The notes under the pieces are model-generated. The model ran no database searches. It was not told where the DNA came from and saw only the letters and a list, made by a program, of their open reading frames with translations. Positions 25,390 to 37,698 of a DNA stretch of 64,000 nt are shown here, in pieces (position 1 is the first letter of the stretch; each line of letters begins with the position of its first letter). The position numbers and the translations under genes were made by a program. The stretch lies in assembly GCA_045159875.1 (NCBI GenBank), contig CP067995.1, positions 2,496,001-2,560,000 on the forward strand. Direction: 5' to 3'. Source of the DNA: a cyanobacterium endosymbiont of Rhopalodia gibba (GTDB taxonomy: Bacteria > Cyanobacteriota > Cyanobacteriia > Cyanobacteriales > Microcystaceae).

Positions 25390-25950
25390 TTTAGGCTTTA
25401 CCCCGACAGCTCGTAACCTAGCAGCTAAACGTTTTGATTTCTACCTTCTTACTTCAGCCTTTTGATGTTTCTGAATAGCTAATTCTTACTCACAGAGTGA
25501 CAAGTCTTCGTTTTCAGTCAACTATAGCAATCAATAGCCTTTACGTTATTTCTAGTTCCTGCCTAAAGTCCTAAATAAAACTATAATTGAGGAATCCTAC
25601 AATATCCAGCACTATTTGATAATGTTCAATTGTGTCTGAAAGAGATTTTTTAGTGATAATGAGAAGTTTCCATTAAAAATGGAAGGTATAGCTACGATAA
25701 ATTTTAGTTTTATAAACACAAATATGAGGAATATAAGCCCAATTGTAGTCCTTTACTAGTATTTACCATTGACTATGGCGTAAACACCATCATTCCTAGT
25801 TATGATAGCTGTGTTAATTCACAACTTTTAGGCTATCAGTTAAAGTCACAGTAAGGGCAAGTTGATGAATATCAACCACTGGATGCTCTAGCGATATAAA
25901 ATTTTCTGGCAATTTTTCTTGTTGAATTTCACAGAATTTACTTATAACCA
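25390..25950 (-). pseudogene. Uma2-family endonuclease remnant
   Basis: Minus strand EKLPENFI...VYAIVNGK at the N-terminus and KRLAARLRAVGVKP at the C-terminus, with stops. Confidence 0.7.
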
Positions 25951-26180
25951 ATTTCATGGGGTTAAAACAATTCGTTCGGTTTTTTTATACTCAACTCGAA
26001 TATAATCTTAGATAGACAGATGCGATTAAACATAAAATATCAACGAACAAATAAAAGTTCGATCTTGAGCAGTGAAATCCTTCAATTTTCTAAAAATTAT
26101 TAGAGTTACTAAGAAATATATTTTTTAATCTAAAATAGATAGATAGGCAACTTAAATTAATAATTAATTATTTCTGACTC

Positions 26181-28262
26181 ATGTCTGTCCCTACTCCATC
26201 TTTACTCTCAACTAACTTTCCAATAACCGCCGTTATTGGACAAGAAGCTATCAAACTAGCCTTACTTTTAACTTCTGTTGATCCAGGGTTAGGAGGAGTC
26301 GTAATTGCCGGTCGTCGAGGGACAGCAAAATCGGTTTTAGCGAGGGGAATTCATGCTTTATTACCTCCGATTGAAAGGATTAAAAATAACCCCTTTAACT
26401 GCGAGCATAATAAACCCAGTGAATGGGACGACAACACCCAAGAACAATATCAAAATCTTGTTTTAAAAAATATTCCTACAGAAATTATACCAGCTCCTTT
26501 TATTCAAGTTCCTATTGGGATTACTGAAGATAGACTGTTAGGCTCAGTCAATGTAGAAGAGTCTGTGAAAAAAGGAGAAGCAGTCTTTCAACCTGGATTA
26601 TTAGCACAGGCACATCGTGGAGTTTTATATGTTGATGAAGTTAACTTACTCGATGATCAAATTTCCAATCAGATATTAACTGTTTTAACTGAAGGACGCA
26701 ATCAAATTGAACGTGAAGGCATTAGTTTTCAACATTCTTGTCGACCTTTATTAATTGCTACTTATAACCCCGAAGAAAGACCATTAAGACGACATTTATT
26801 AGACCGCATCGCGATCGCCATCTATGCGGATGATATCTTAACTTTAGATCAACGAGTCCAAGTAGTAGAACGAGCTATCGAGCATGCTAATTCACCTCAA
26901 GCCTTTATTAGCCAGTATAACGATGAAATAAACGATATTAAAACTGAGATTATTTTTGCACGAGAATGGTTAAAAGAGGTCAAAATTACTAAAGCTCAGA
27001 TTGCTTATTTAGTTGAAGAAGCTATCCGAGGAGCCGTAGAAGGACATCGCGCCGAACTCTTCGCCGTTCGAGTCGCTAAAGCAGCAGCAGCCATGGAAGG
27101 ACGTAATATTGTCACGCCAGAAAACCTGAAACGGGCAGTGGAATTGGTTATTGTACCTCGTTCCACAATAACACAGCCTTTTCCTGAAGATCAGCCAAAA
27201 CCCCCAGCACTACCTCCTCAACAAACTCAAGATGAGTCTAAGCAAAAAGAAACCCAAGAAGAAACCCAAGAAGAAACCCAAAAAGAAACCCAAAAAGAAA
27301 CCCAAAAAGAAACCCAAAAAGAAACCCAAAAAGAAACCCAAAAAGAAACCCAAGAAAATCCTCTAAATATTCCTGAAGAGTTCATTTTTGATGTAAAGGG
27401 GGTTATTCTTGATCCTAATGTTCTTTATTTTGCTCAAAGAGCTCAACAACAAGGAAATTCAGGGGCTCGTGGCTTCATTTTTTCTGAAGACAGGGGACGC
27501 TATATTAAACCCATGATTCTTAAAGGAAAAGTTAAACGCATTGCCGTCGATGCAACCTTACGGGCGGCGGCTCCCTATCAAAAATCTCGTCGTTTGCGTC
27601 ATCCTGCTCGTGGTGTCATCTTTGAAAAAGGGGATATTCGGTCAAAATACATGGCTAGAAGAGCCGGGGCATTGATTGTCTTTGTGGTAGATGCGTCAGG
27701 GTCGATGGCCTTGAACCGGATGCAGTCAGCTAAAGGTGCAGTGATGCGTCTGTTAACGGAAGCTTACAAGAACCGTGACCAAGTGGCGTTAGTTTCTTTC
27801 AGAGGAAAACAAGCAGATGTTTTATTACCTCCTACCCGTTCTGTTTCTTTGGCAAAACGACAGTTAGAAACTTTACCCTGTGGAGGTGGTTCACCTTTGG
27901 CACACGGTTTATCTCAAGCAGTTCATGTAGGAATGAATGCCAAGATGTCTGGGGATATTGGACAAATTGTCATTGTTGCGATTACTGACGGACGAGGTAA
28001 TATTCCTTTAGCGAAATCTTTAGGGAAATCTTTACCGGAAGGGGAAAAGCCAGACATTCAGACTGAACTATTAGAAATTGCAAAAAAAACTCGGGCTTTA
28101 GGTATGAAGTTGTTGATCATCGATACAGAAAAAAAATTTGTTTCTACAGGTTTTGGAAAAGAGTTAGCACAAACTGCAGGAGGAATTCACTATCTATTAC
28201 CCAGAGCAACAGATCACGCAATTGCACAGATGGCTAGAGAGGCGATCACGGACTTAAAATAG
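26181..28262 (+). CDS. chlD: Magnesium chelatase subunit D (AAA+ domain, linker, vWA domain)
   Basis: [24 protein letters not shown], Pro/acidic linker, [20 protein letters not shown]. Confidence 0.95.
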   Translation: MSVPTPSLLSTNFPITAVIGQEAIKLALLLTSVDPGLGGVVIAGRRGTAKSVLARGIHALLPPIERIKNNPFNCEHNKPSEWDDNTQEQYQNLVLKNIPTEIIPAPFIQVPIGITEDRLLGSVNVEESVKKGEAVFQPGLLAQAHRGVLYVDEVNLLDDQISNQILTVLTEGRNQIEREGISFQHSCRPLLIATYNPEERPLRRHLLDRIAIAIYADDILTLDQRVQVVERAIEHANSPQAFISQYNDEINDIKTEIIFAREWLKEVKITKAQIAYLVEEAIRGAVEGHRAELFAVRVAKAAAAMEGRNIVTPENLKRAVELVIVPRSTITQPFPEDQPKPPALPPQQTQDESKQKETQEETQEETQKETQKETQKETQKETQKETQKETQENPLNIPEEFIFDVKGVILDPNVLYFAQRAQQQGNSGARGFIFSEDRGRYIKPMILKGKVKRIAVDATLRAAAPYQKSRRLRHPARGVIFEKGDIRSKYMARRAGALIVFVVDASGSMALNRMQSAKGAVMRLLTEAYKNRDQVALVSFRGKQADVLLPPTRSVSLAKRQLETLPCGGGSPLAHGLSQAVHVGMNAKMSGDIGQIVIVAITDGRGNIPLAKSLGKSLPEGEKPDIQTELLEIAKKTRALGMKLLIIDTEKKFVSTGFGKELAQTAGGIHYLLPRATDHAIAQMAREAITDLK
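27243..27356 (+). repeat. In-frame 12-bp tandem repeat CAARAAGAAACC x9.5 in the ChlD linker
   Basis: Encodes [12 protein letters not shown](QKET)6-QE. Confidence 0.97.
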
Positions 28263-30419
28263 ATATAACCAAGGATAATACAAGTATCCCAATTATCACT
28301 AAAATTATTCCAATATTATTAATCCCAGCCTAGAATATAAAAACTTTTTAAAACCATCATTATATAATAGCATTGACATTAATATCTTATCAGTCTTGAT
28401 TTATATATCATATACTCCCTTATTTTGAAGGATTATGGTTAGTTTTAGTTAAAAGTTTCTAATTTCATAGAGATAAAATTCAAACTAAAATCTTGTCAGA
28501 TAAAAACTATCTATGAACTAATACAATATAAGTTTTCTCAAGACTTAATTTAACTAACAAAGACGAATTTAAAAACTTTATATAAAACTAACAAGAATGG
28601 TATCTGGGTTATAGTTTTGTTTTTATATAAGATTCAGGAAGACTATTCAACCAATCTTAATATTAATAAAGTCATGAAAAATAAAATTTTAAAACTTAGA
28701 CAAGAATATAAAAAACACTATAAGCTGAACTAGATAGTAAATTTATCAATCAATATATTTATCATTTTACTAATGTTCAGAAATGATACACTATTAATTT
28801 TGTTGTATAAAAATTTAACTTTTATAAAACAAAATGAGAAGCTAGACAAATTCCATCAAAACTACAAATGATAGATAAAAAATTATCGGATTCAATTTGA
28901 TATTTATCATAGGACGTTTTTTCTAAAAATATTTATTACTAATTTTGTTTACTTATCCATAACATAGATTGATATACCGGTGTATTTTTAACTAATTCAT
29001 ACAATAAAAATTGTCTGGTTCATGGGATAAAAAAGTAAAAATTAAAAGTGATTTAATTATTATTAATGGATGATATCCACCCTTTTTAGTAAAACTGATA
29101 ACAAAATATAAGTTAACATTTTTTTAAAAATTACTTACTCTAATAATTACGATATTTTTCCAAAAATAGCAATCTTAAACATTAGATAAATAATATAATA
29201 TTTATTATTTTAACTCAGTTAAGTGAACATATTTCTCTAAAATTGATTACCAGTCTCTTGCAGGAAATTATCCAAAATCAGTAGATAAATAATTTTATGT
29301 GATGTTTAGTAATCCGAATAAGAATAAATAATGCAATTACTGATCTTGTAGTTTGGATTAAAAGATCAATTTTTATAACAATAAATGTATGTTATGTTCG
29401 ATTGATAAGTGAGCATTAATCTCGTATGGAATATGGATTAAATTCAATGTATTAAATATTTTAAAGGGAAAATATAGGTACAATAAAAAAAATATTAAAC
29501 AATATATACTCAAAATATTAGCTTTGCAGCTAAATCAACAAAATAAAACTGTTCGATGTAACAAGACATACAGATTCGTCAAAAAGTCACTCAAAATACT
29601 GAATTTAATTCAGTCGATCAATTTTTAACTGCAAGTTTCTCAATAAACAATTTAGAAATAGCGAGATATTAAACTAATTTTTCAGAAAAAATACGTTAAT
29701 TGACAGACAATTTCTATATATTAGTACATTGACTCCATGTTTATTGACTGATACAATCAGATACTAATTATAAAGTTTGGTCAATTGCTAGAAGTAAAAT
29801 TTTGTCCTAAGTTGTTCTGAGTATTTTAAGAGCCAGCGGACACGTAGTGTCTTTAATGGTATATCCTACGTTAGATTATACGATTGAATTTCATCTGAAC
29901 AGGTAATCAGAAGAAAATATTACAATTACTCCAAAATCAGAAATAAAAACATTTAATATGACTAACCAAAATGATCAGGTTATCTTTTCGCAACCAGCAG
30001 GTATATTTAGTAATGATAATGCTCTTGATAACTTAAAAAACAGTATTGACAAGGCAACAAAATTTTCTGTAACTGATCTTCTGAATCTTATGATAACATA
30101 TCTTATTGAGGCAGTTTTTAATTCATCTTCATACAGGTAATAATATTATTATTTATCAATCGATTAAAAATTGTAAAAAATCAAGAAATAGACATTACTC
30201 TTATTGCTAAAATAGAAATTTTTATATTGCCTACTTAAAGATAAGATTGTTTAAAACAAGATTGATTAAAGGCATAATAGCTTTTTTCTAATTAGGGAGA
30301 AAACCTAATCATCACAAACATGCAATATATTTGAATTAATAAGTAATGGCATCGTTTTAATTATAAAAGAACCAATCTGCTGTTAGATCAAATTTTTGAA
30401 AATGCAGTTTTTTTGAAAT

Positions 30420-30797
30420 TTATTTCCAATTCCAAGCGGCAATAACTAAACTTACCCATCCAACAATAAATGCAACCCCACCAATCGGAGTAATTGCCCC
30501 TAACCATTTAATTCCAGTTAAACTCAGGGTATAAAGACTTCCTGAAAAAATGAGTATTCCTATAAGAAATCCATATCCAGCCCATAACAAACTAGAAGGA
30601 TAATTTTGTTGGACAGTTAATAGTAACATAACCAACAACAAAGCTAGGGAATGATATATTTGATACTTAATTCCTGTTTCAAAAATATCTAAAGCGTGAT
30701 CATTTAGTCGATTTTTTAAAATATGACGAGCAAATGCGCCTCCGACCACTCCTAATCCTGCTAAGGCTGACCCAGCCATCATAAATACTTTAACCAT
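30420..30797 (-). CDS. DUF423/YgdD (TMEM256-like) membrane protein
   Basis: GAFARH, FETGIKYQIYHSLA, FSGSLY, LGAITPIGG. Confidence 0.9.
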   Translation of the reverse strand: MVKVFMMAGSALAGLGVVGGAFARHILKNRLNDHALDIFETGIKYQIYHSLALLLVMLLLTVQQNYPSSLLWAGYGFLIGILIFSGSLYTLSLTGIKWLGAITPIGGVAFIVGWVSLVIAAWNWK

Positions 30798-30865
30798 TTT
30801 CTTACTCTAAGCTCGCTTGTAACTACGGTTTAGCATTAAATTTTAATTAAGCACTTAATTCATTC

Positions 30866-31390
30866 TTAAGTTACTTTATTATATTGTTGTTTTTGTAATT
30901 TCCATTCAACAATTACAGCAGTCATCTCTAATGATAGCATTTCTAAAATGTAAAATCCTGGTAAAAGTTTGTCTCTTTCTAATAACCCTGTACCTAAAGT
31001 GAAAACCGGAGGATTAGAAACAACAATACTAATCATCAAAGCTGTTAAAGAGCGAATTCGCAATATTTCTATTAATCCTGCTCCATAGTAAGCAAAATAA
31101 AAAAACTTAATCTATAGAAGATGAGAGCACTCTAATAACTAACAATTAATTTAGTATAAATACTAAATTAACTTCTAGCAAAAGCTGAGTAGTCAGTTTT
31201 ATGCATAATCAAGAAAAATCACACTAAAGTCGTAAGTTTAAAAATATCAGAGATCTCTCCAAAAAAAACAAAATACACTAGGGTTGACTCAAAATATTGA
31301 ATACCAAAATTATTGATGACTCCAATAACTATAACAATGCACACAAATATCAGTAAAAGTTAAGTAATTTTACTAATATCAATCTTTATA
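30866..31390 (-). pseudogene. Probable TVP38/TMEM64 (VTT/DedA-like) membrane protein remnant
   Basis: C-terminal YGAGL...ALMISIVVSNPPVFTLGTGLLE; upstream hydrophobic frames broken by stops. Confidence 0.5.
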
Positions 31391-31519
31391 TTAATTTATG
31401 TTAAGAGTTACTGAGAATTTTCCTAACTCATAAAACTAAAACTGAATCCCTATCTTAGTGACGAAACTTCATTCTTCATTGAGAAATATCTAACAAAATT
31501 TAAAATAATGAGGAAAATA

Positions 31520-32233
31520 CTACGATAAATAGCCATGCAGCTTATGAACTATATCAATAATTAAAATCTTTTGGATATAATCCAGAGGTGTTAGAAGACG
31601 AAGATATTGAAATTAAGATTCAATGCTGTGGCATGTGTCATGGTCATATAGGTACATTAAATAATGACTGAAAACCGACTTAGTATCCTTTTGTTCCTGA
31701 GCATGAAGTAGTAGAAACCATTGAAGCAGTCGAAGACAAAGTAACTATTCCAAAAATTAGGCAGCCAATAGGACTTGGTTAGTTTTTGAGTTTGTGTTTT
31801 ATTTGTGTTGTGTTTGTCGAAAGCTAAAAATCTTTCCCATCACACTTTAGTTATTTTTTTGCCCTATGAGATTAACCGAGAAACGGCTGAATTTCAAGTT
31901 TACGGCGGAATTACAGTTTTCAACTGTATTATTCAATGCAGCCCTAAATCTAATGATATCGTTCGGGGATTAAGTTATATGTCTATTGAATGTCTCCACA
32001 TTTGAGGGGATCAGATGACAGCATTTTGTAGTAATCCTGAAAAGGAAAAAGAAGTCTGTCAATCAGGGACTGAGCATCTTGTTAATCCCCGTAATCTAGA
32101 AGCAATTCAAGTTATTGAAAATTACTTGAATTTTATCATCTCTACGGTGAATGTTGGGATAGATGAACTTAAATATACTCTGTCTAAAAAGATAAATTGC
32201 TCGCTCAAGATAGAGAACAGACAATTAATATAA
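31520..32233 (+). pseudogene. Zn-dependent alcohol dehydrogenase (AdhA/Ahr-like) remnant
   Basis: EDIEIKIQCCGMCH...NND*...YPFVPEHEVV...IGLG*, later GGITVFN and LNFIISTVNV; many stops and deletions. Confidence 0.8.
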
Positions 32234-32459
32234 TAATGTTAGTTAGACAGAAATTTATGGAAGGAAAGGTAAACAGTCACTGGCTACTAAGATAGAGATT
32301 TATTGAAGTCTTGTGCTATGAAAATTAAATCTTATCTCGAGCTTACTGAAATATTTTATAATCTAAGTAATTTAGATCAAAGCCTTAGATAGAAAAATAA
32401 TGCTGTTTCTTGATTTAAAGTATTTATTGAAGATAAAAAAATATTGTTTGTGTTTAAAA

Positions 32460-33130
32460 AAAAGCAAATGAAAGTTACGATTCTTGTAAGAAATCATTTT
32501 CTATTTATACCAAACATAATCGTTTCGTGAGGCTTATACTCTAGACAGCGATGTTTTCTTGCTATTATTTCCAGATTTATAAAAGATAAGTTACAGAATT
32601 AATTTTATATACTAGACTCTACCACTTATTTTTAAAAAACCTAGTAGTAGAATATACAAAAATTTTAGATATTTAGTTTTTTTTAAAAAAATTTATATAC
32701 TATTGCATTAGGGGTTTAAACTATTTTTGATTATCAATGAATGCGGTAAATGATTAACTTTTAAGTTAACTTCAGGTAGAATAAATAACCGTAAACTAGT
32801 TCTTACGCCAAGATAAAATTCGATTTGTCAATCATTGAAAGACCGAGAATATATTGCTTAATAAATATTTACAAACCTCTGTCAAAAAAGACTTCAAGTC
32901 ATTCCTTGTCTTCAACAGAAGATGAGGATAAATTTAGTTAAACTGATTAAAACAATATCACTTAGTCAATGTCTTGCAATTGAAATTATTAATGATCAAC
33001 TTAAAAATCTTTCTAAGATTGAACATTTTAGATATCGAACAGTTCGAACTGTTTGGTTTAACCTTTTGCTCGACTGACTGCTTATACCTAATCTACCTGA
33101 AAGACATTCTCTTAATTTAGAATTAAAAGG
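32460..33130 (+). mobile_element. IS982-family transposase remnant
   Basis: GFKLFLIINECGK*LTFKLTSG...RKLV and IEIINDQLKNLSKIEHFRYR match the family's GFKLHL..N..GE and IET.NDQLKN..QIEH.RHR motifs. Confidence 0.75.
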
Positions 33131-33247
33131 TAGGTTTGGCTTGTATTCTACACGTCGAGGAAGAATGAGCCTTGAAATGGTGAATAAGTTTCAGCTTAAT
33201 TCATAGAAAGTGATGATCAAAGCAACAAAGCTTGTATAAAGCTTAAA

Positions 33248-33994
33248 TTATTTTTTTACTTCTAGGGCTTTAATTTGTTCAATGGCTGCGTAATAACCTT
33301 GATCATACCCCTGTTGTTCCCACAATTGAGCAGCTTTTTTAAAATCGGCAATCGCTTTTTGACTTTGTCCGAGATCAGATAAGACTAGTCCACGGTTGAA
33401 ATAAGCTTCTCCATAGTCTGGCTTAAGTTTAATTGCTTCAGTAAAGTCATTTTTAGCTAGATACGCCTGTCCTAGGTTTAAATAGGCTAATCCCAGATTA
33501 TTATAAGCAAAAGCATCATTAGGGTTGAGTTTAAGGGCTTTGACATAATTGGTGATTGCTTGTTCATCTTTTCCTAGGTGTAAGTAGACGTTCCCTCGAT
33601 TAACATAAGCTTCAACCAGTTTGGCATCGAGTTCGAGGGCTCGGCTGAAATCACTTAGTGCCAATTTAAACTTTCCTAAGTGGCTATACGCAAACCCCCG
33701 ATTAAAATAAGCATTAACATCATTGGGATTTTTTTCAACAGCTTTAGTAAAGTCTCTAGTGGCTCCTTGAAAATCGCCCTGACGACTTTTTGCAATCCCC
33801 TGTTGAACGAATTCAATCGGACCAGTTTTAACTAAATTAGCCTGGTTTGTTTTAGCAGAATTACGGTTACAGGCAATGTTTGGACCTAACAAAAATAGGA
33901 ATATAAGAAACAGGTAAACACGAGATTGAATCCTTAAGATTAGGAAGGATTTGAATGATGGAAAGCAAAAAACGGGGGAAGTTGGGAGATTCAA
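33248..33994 (-). CDS. Tetratricopeptide repeat protein, possibly exported or lipoprotein
   Basis: Repeated AYFNRG/AYVNRG/AYNNLG TPR units after a hydrophobic N-terminal segment ending NIAC; start uncertain. Confidence 0.9.
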   Translation of the reverse strand: MNLPTSPVFCFPSFKSFLILRIQSRVYLFLIFLFLLGPNIACNRNSAKTNQANLVKTGPIEFVQQGIAKSRQGDFQGATRDFTKAVEKNPNDVNAYFNRGFAYSHLGKFKLALSDFSRALELDAKLVEAYVNRGNVYLHLGKDEQAITNYVKALKLNPNDAFAYNNLGLAYLNLGQAYLAKNDFTEAIKLKPDYGEAYFNRGLVLSDLGQSQKAIADFKKAAQLWEQQGYDQGYYAAIEQIKALEVKK

Positions 33995-34188
33995 AATGGA
34001 TTGCTCGAATGAGTAACTTCAGAAAATTTAGCAATTAACTCTTAATCTACGAGAACCCAACTCTTGTTACTCAAGATTTGTATAGTTAAAGCACACCCGA
34101 ATAATAACTACTACTAGCAATCATAGTGCGACGTGTTGTTAACTAGACAAATGTGAGAAAACTGAGTATATTAACTTGGGTTATTTGT

Positions 34189-34533
34189 ATGAGGAGTTAT
34201 CTTCCAATGAAAAAACTGTTGGTATCTACTTTGATGATAGCGTTGACTGCAGCTCCTGGACAGGCTCAAACAGCAACTTATTATTCTTCTCACTATCACG
34301 GCAAAAAAACTGCATCAGGAGTAATATTTAACAATTATCTACCTTTAGCGGCCCATCCTTCCCTTCCATTTGGTACAAGAGTAAAGGTGACAAACCGTAA
34401 AAATGGTAAGAGCACCATTGTTCGAGTTGTGGATCGCTGTCGTTGTAACATTGATTTGTCTCGGGGTGCCTTTCAACAAATTGGTTCTTTGAAATCAGGT
34501 CGAATTCCAGTGAGTATTAAAGTTTTACGTTAA
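34189..34533 (+). CDS. RlpA-family (double-psi beta-barrel) lytic transglycosylase-like protein
   Basis: ATYY...GKKTASG, AAHPSLPFGTRVKVTN, VRVVDR, IDLS; signal peptide; start 34189 or 34207. Confidence 0.88.
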   Translation: MRSYLPMKKLLVSTLMIALTAAPGQAQTATYYSSHYHGKKTASGVIFNNYLPLAAHPSLPFGTRVKVTNRKNGKSTIVRVVDRCRCNIDLSRGAFQQIGSLKSGRIPVSIKVLR

Positions 34534-34741
34534 AATCAAGCTCTAAACCTCCTTTTTTCCATTTTAACTAAAATTTAGAACAAACACTTTATTGAGGGGA
34601 ATAATTTTTTATAAACCTCATGAATAGTCTTCGTATATTCGTAGGATAATTAAGTTCAGGCAATCAGTGTTAAGTGTTAAGATAACCCATATTTTAATTA
34701 TTAAACAAAGTTGCCCAATTACCAACAGAAAGGAGACAATA

Positions 34742-36043
34742 GTGGTTAGCACAGCATTATTCACAACCACGAAATCGGAAGAAATTTTCACCGCAGCCCA
34801 AAAATTAATGCCTGGTGGGGTCAGTTCCCCGGTACGAGCGTTTAAATCTGTTGGTGGACAGCCTATTGTATTTGAGCGCGTTAAGGGAGCCTATATTTGG
34901 GATGTAGATGGCAACCAGTACATTGATTATGTAGGAACCTGGGGACCGGCTATCTGTGGCCATGCTCATCCCGAAGTCATTACAGCTCTCCATGAAGCTT
35001 TAGAAAAAGGAACTAGTTTTGGTGCGCCCTCTTTGCAGGAAAATATCCTAGCAGAAATGGTTATTGAAGCCATTCCTAGTATAGAGATGGTTAGATTTGT
35101 CAATTCAGGGACAGAAGCTTGTATGTCTATCTTGCGCCTCATCCGGGCATTTACTCGACGCGATAAGATAATTAAATTTGAAGGGTGCTATCATGGCCAT
35201 GCTGATATGTTCTTAGTCAAAGCAGGATCAGGGGTTGCAACTTTAGGTTTACCTGACTCCTCAGGAGTTCCTAAAACCACGACTAGAGATACTTTAACGG
35301 CTCCTTATAACGATTTAGAAGCAGTTAAAACTCTGTTTGCCCAAAATTATGATAAAATCGCAGGAATTATTTTAGAGCCAGTTGTTGGTAATTCCGGTTT
35401 TGTAACTCCTGATGCTGGATTTTTAGAGGGTTTACGGGAGTTGACTAAAGAATATGGGGCTTTATTAGTATTTGATGAAGTAATGACCGGATTCCGTTTA
35501 GCTTACGGGGGAGCTCAAGAAAAATTTGGTGTTACTCCTGATCTAACCACCTTGGGTAAGATTATCGGTGGTGGTTTGCCCGTTGGAGCTTATGGAGGAC
35601 GTAAGGATATTATGGCAATGGTAGCACCAGTTGGTTCTATGTACCAGGCAGGAACCTTATCAGGTAATCCTTTAGCTATGACTGCGGGGAGCAAAACTCT
35701 TGAATTGCTACAAAAACCGGGTACCTATGAATATTTAAGTAGAATTACCCAAAAGCTGAGTGATGGCTTAATCACACTTGCTCGCGAAGCAGGTCATGCT
35801 ATTTGTGGGAGTTGTATCGGAGCTATGTTCGGACTATTTTTTACGGAAGGACCTGTCCGTAACTACGATGATGCAAAAAAGTCTGATCTACATAAATTTA
35901 GCCTTTTTCATCGGGGAATGCTTGAACATGGTGTTTATTTAGCTCCTTCTCAATTTGAAGCTGGTTTTACTTCCTTAGCTCATAGTGAGGAGGATATTGA
36001 TCGAACCTTAGAGACGGCCCGCAAAGTTTTCGCAACTTTGTAA
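34742..36043 (+). CDS. hemL: Glutamate-1-semialdehyde 2,1-aminomutase
   Basis: [42 protein letters not shown] at 34742 with AGGAG RBS. Confidence 0.97.
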   Translation: MVSTALFTTTKSEEIFTAAQKLMPGGVSSPVRAFKSVGGQPIVFERVKGAYIWDVDGNQYIDYVGTWGPAICGHAHPEVITALHEALEKGTSFGAPSLQENILAEMVIEAIPSIEMVRFVNSGTEACMSILRLIRAFTRRDKIIKFEGCYHGHADMFLVKAGSGVATLGLPDSSGVPKTTTRDTLTAPYNDLEAVKTLFAQNYDKIAGIILEPVVGNSGFVTPDAGFLEGLRELTKEYGALLVFDEVMTGFRLAYGGAQEKFGVTPDLTTLGKIIGGGLPVGAYGGRKDIMAMVAPVGSMYQAGTLSGNPLAMTAGSKTLELLQKPGTYEYLSRITQKLSDGLITLAREAGHAICGSCIGAMFGLFFTEGPVRNYDDAKKSDLHKFSLFHRGMLEHGVYLAPSQFEAGFTSLAHSEEDIDRTLETARKVFATL

Positions 36044-36253
36044 GTTAGAGAGTTTTAATTAGCAGTCAATGATTTAACAGAGTAAAGAGTGCTCTCTCTT
36101 CAATCGTTTAGGTGGTTTTCGGTGGAATGGCATCCACTTTCACACTAAACCTAATTTTTATATCTCCTGTTCGTCCCACCTTTCCAAACAATTTTGCCTT
36201 TCTCCAGATTCAAGTAGGTTCTTATGACAGAATTTAGTACTATATGTCAGGAA

Positions 36254-36302
36254 AATTTATAATTTCTCTTTTTTTGAAAATTTAAAAGAGAAATTATAAA
36301 TT
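36254..36302. repeat. Inverted repeat with 19-bp arms
   Basis: aatttataatttctctttt ... aaaagagaaattataaatt. Confidence 0.9.
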
Positions 36303-37656
36303 GACTAATAGAAAAATTAGTAATAATTAGGAAAAAAAATTTGGGATAAAGTTTAAAGTTTTCGCTAAGGTTTGAACGTAGAGTTCAAGGATTATAACTA
36401 AAATATTCCTACATTTTTCTTGAAAAATATTTGGATTACTTGACTATTTTACTCATGTGTCGAATCTCAGCTGACAACAATGAGATTCTTAAACAAGAAT
36501 ATCAAAAATTTACAGGTTTTCGTACGTAACTGTTGCCATATTCCAAAATCCGCCTTTCAGTTGAACGAATGACCTCAAAAAAAATAAGGGACAATAGGCT
36601 TAGTCTGCTTTAATTATTTGATATGGTGGGCAGTGATCGGTGATCGTCTCTACGTTTAGATTAGATTTGGCTTGATCATTCATTCCCTATACTTGTAGTC
36701 CATAAAATGGTTAGTCAATACCCAGATCAAAGGCTAGAGAATAAGGTTATAATCTGGTTTCTACACCCCCAGGAATACGGAAAGGAGGCGGTTTACCACC
36801 CCCTAAGTGGATCACAATTGAAGGAGAAGCAAAACTCTATCCCAAATTCTGGGCTTTAACTCACCCTATCCTATAGCTTTGATACAATTTTGGGGTAAAT
36901 ATTTTTGTTCTCAGATAATTAGCAAGTATTTTAAATGTGTGACACTCAAAAATTGGGGTTGCCTGAAAAAAGGATTCTCAACTCTTTTAGAGAAGAGCAC
37001 TCAACTTAACTACTGTGAGTAAATTGAGTTCCATAGTAGTTCAAAAGTTTTCTCAATCTAACTTAGATAAATCTACTTTGAAAAAATTCAAGGTTAAAGT
37101 CTGAAAATAGAAGATGAAATCTCAGTCACTCGTGACGTGTCTGAGGTATCACAGCAAACAGATTTTTTCTATTCACTAAAAATATCTGTTTGTCTAACAC
37201 ATTAAATTCTTTATTAAGACTATTTCTAAACTGTATGGAGACTGCTCTCAAGAAAGCCAGTTTTGCAAGTGTGAAACTGAATCTTACTACTAGAAGTCTT
37301 AGAGATAATCCCCGTTTTTAATAAAGAATTTCACAAATCTATAACTGATGTTATGAGGAGACAGCAAATAGTTTTGACTATCTGAGATACATCGAGTATA
37401 TCTAAATAAATTTCCTAAAATTGTTGAAGAACGACTAATCTTTACTCACTTTTGATATTTTTAGAAAATGTTACCCCAAAGTTAGGTCTGTAAAGTCTTA
37501 TCGACTTATTTTACCGTTAACTTAATATTTTGGCGATAATGATTTTGAGCTCGGATAATAATTAAATCGTTAAGACGACCAATGATAAATGACTCGTTAT
37601 AACGCAAAAATATTAAATCACCCGTTCGTAAAAGTGGATTGCCTTCTGTACTTTGG

Positions 37657-37698
37657 GTATCGAGTTTCAGTAAACTTAAGTTTACTGAAACTCGATAC
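37657..37698. repeat. Perfect 42-bp palindrome with no loop, inside the FAAL pseudogene
   Basis: gtatcgagtttcagtaaacttaagtttactgaaactcgatac equals its own reverse complement. Confidence 0.97.

Noticed and set aside
27243..27356. CRISPR array or programmed -1 frameshift site in chlD
   Set aside because: No spacers; the 12-bp unit keeps frame; in-frame CAA-AAA-GAA is not a canonical X_XXY_YYZ slippery heptamer; the ORF is continuous
29958..30140. 60-aa ORF MTNQNDQ...
   Set aside because: No recognisable family or RBS in a decayed region; may be a gene fragment but cannot be supported
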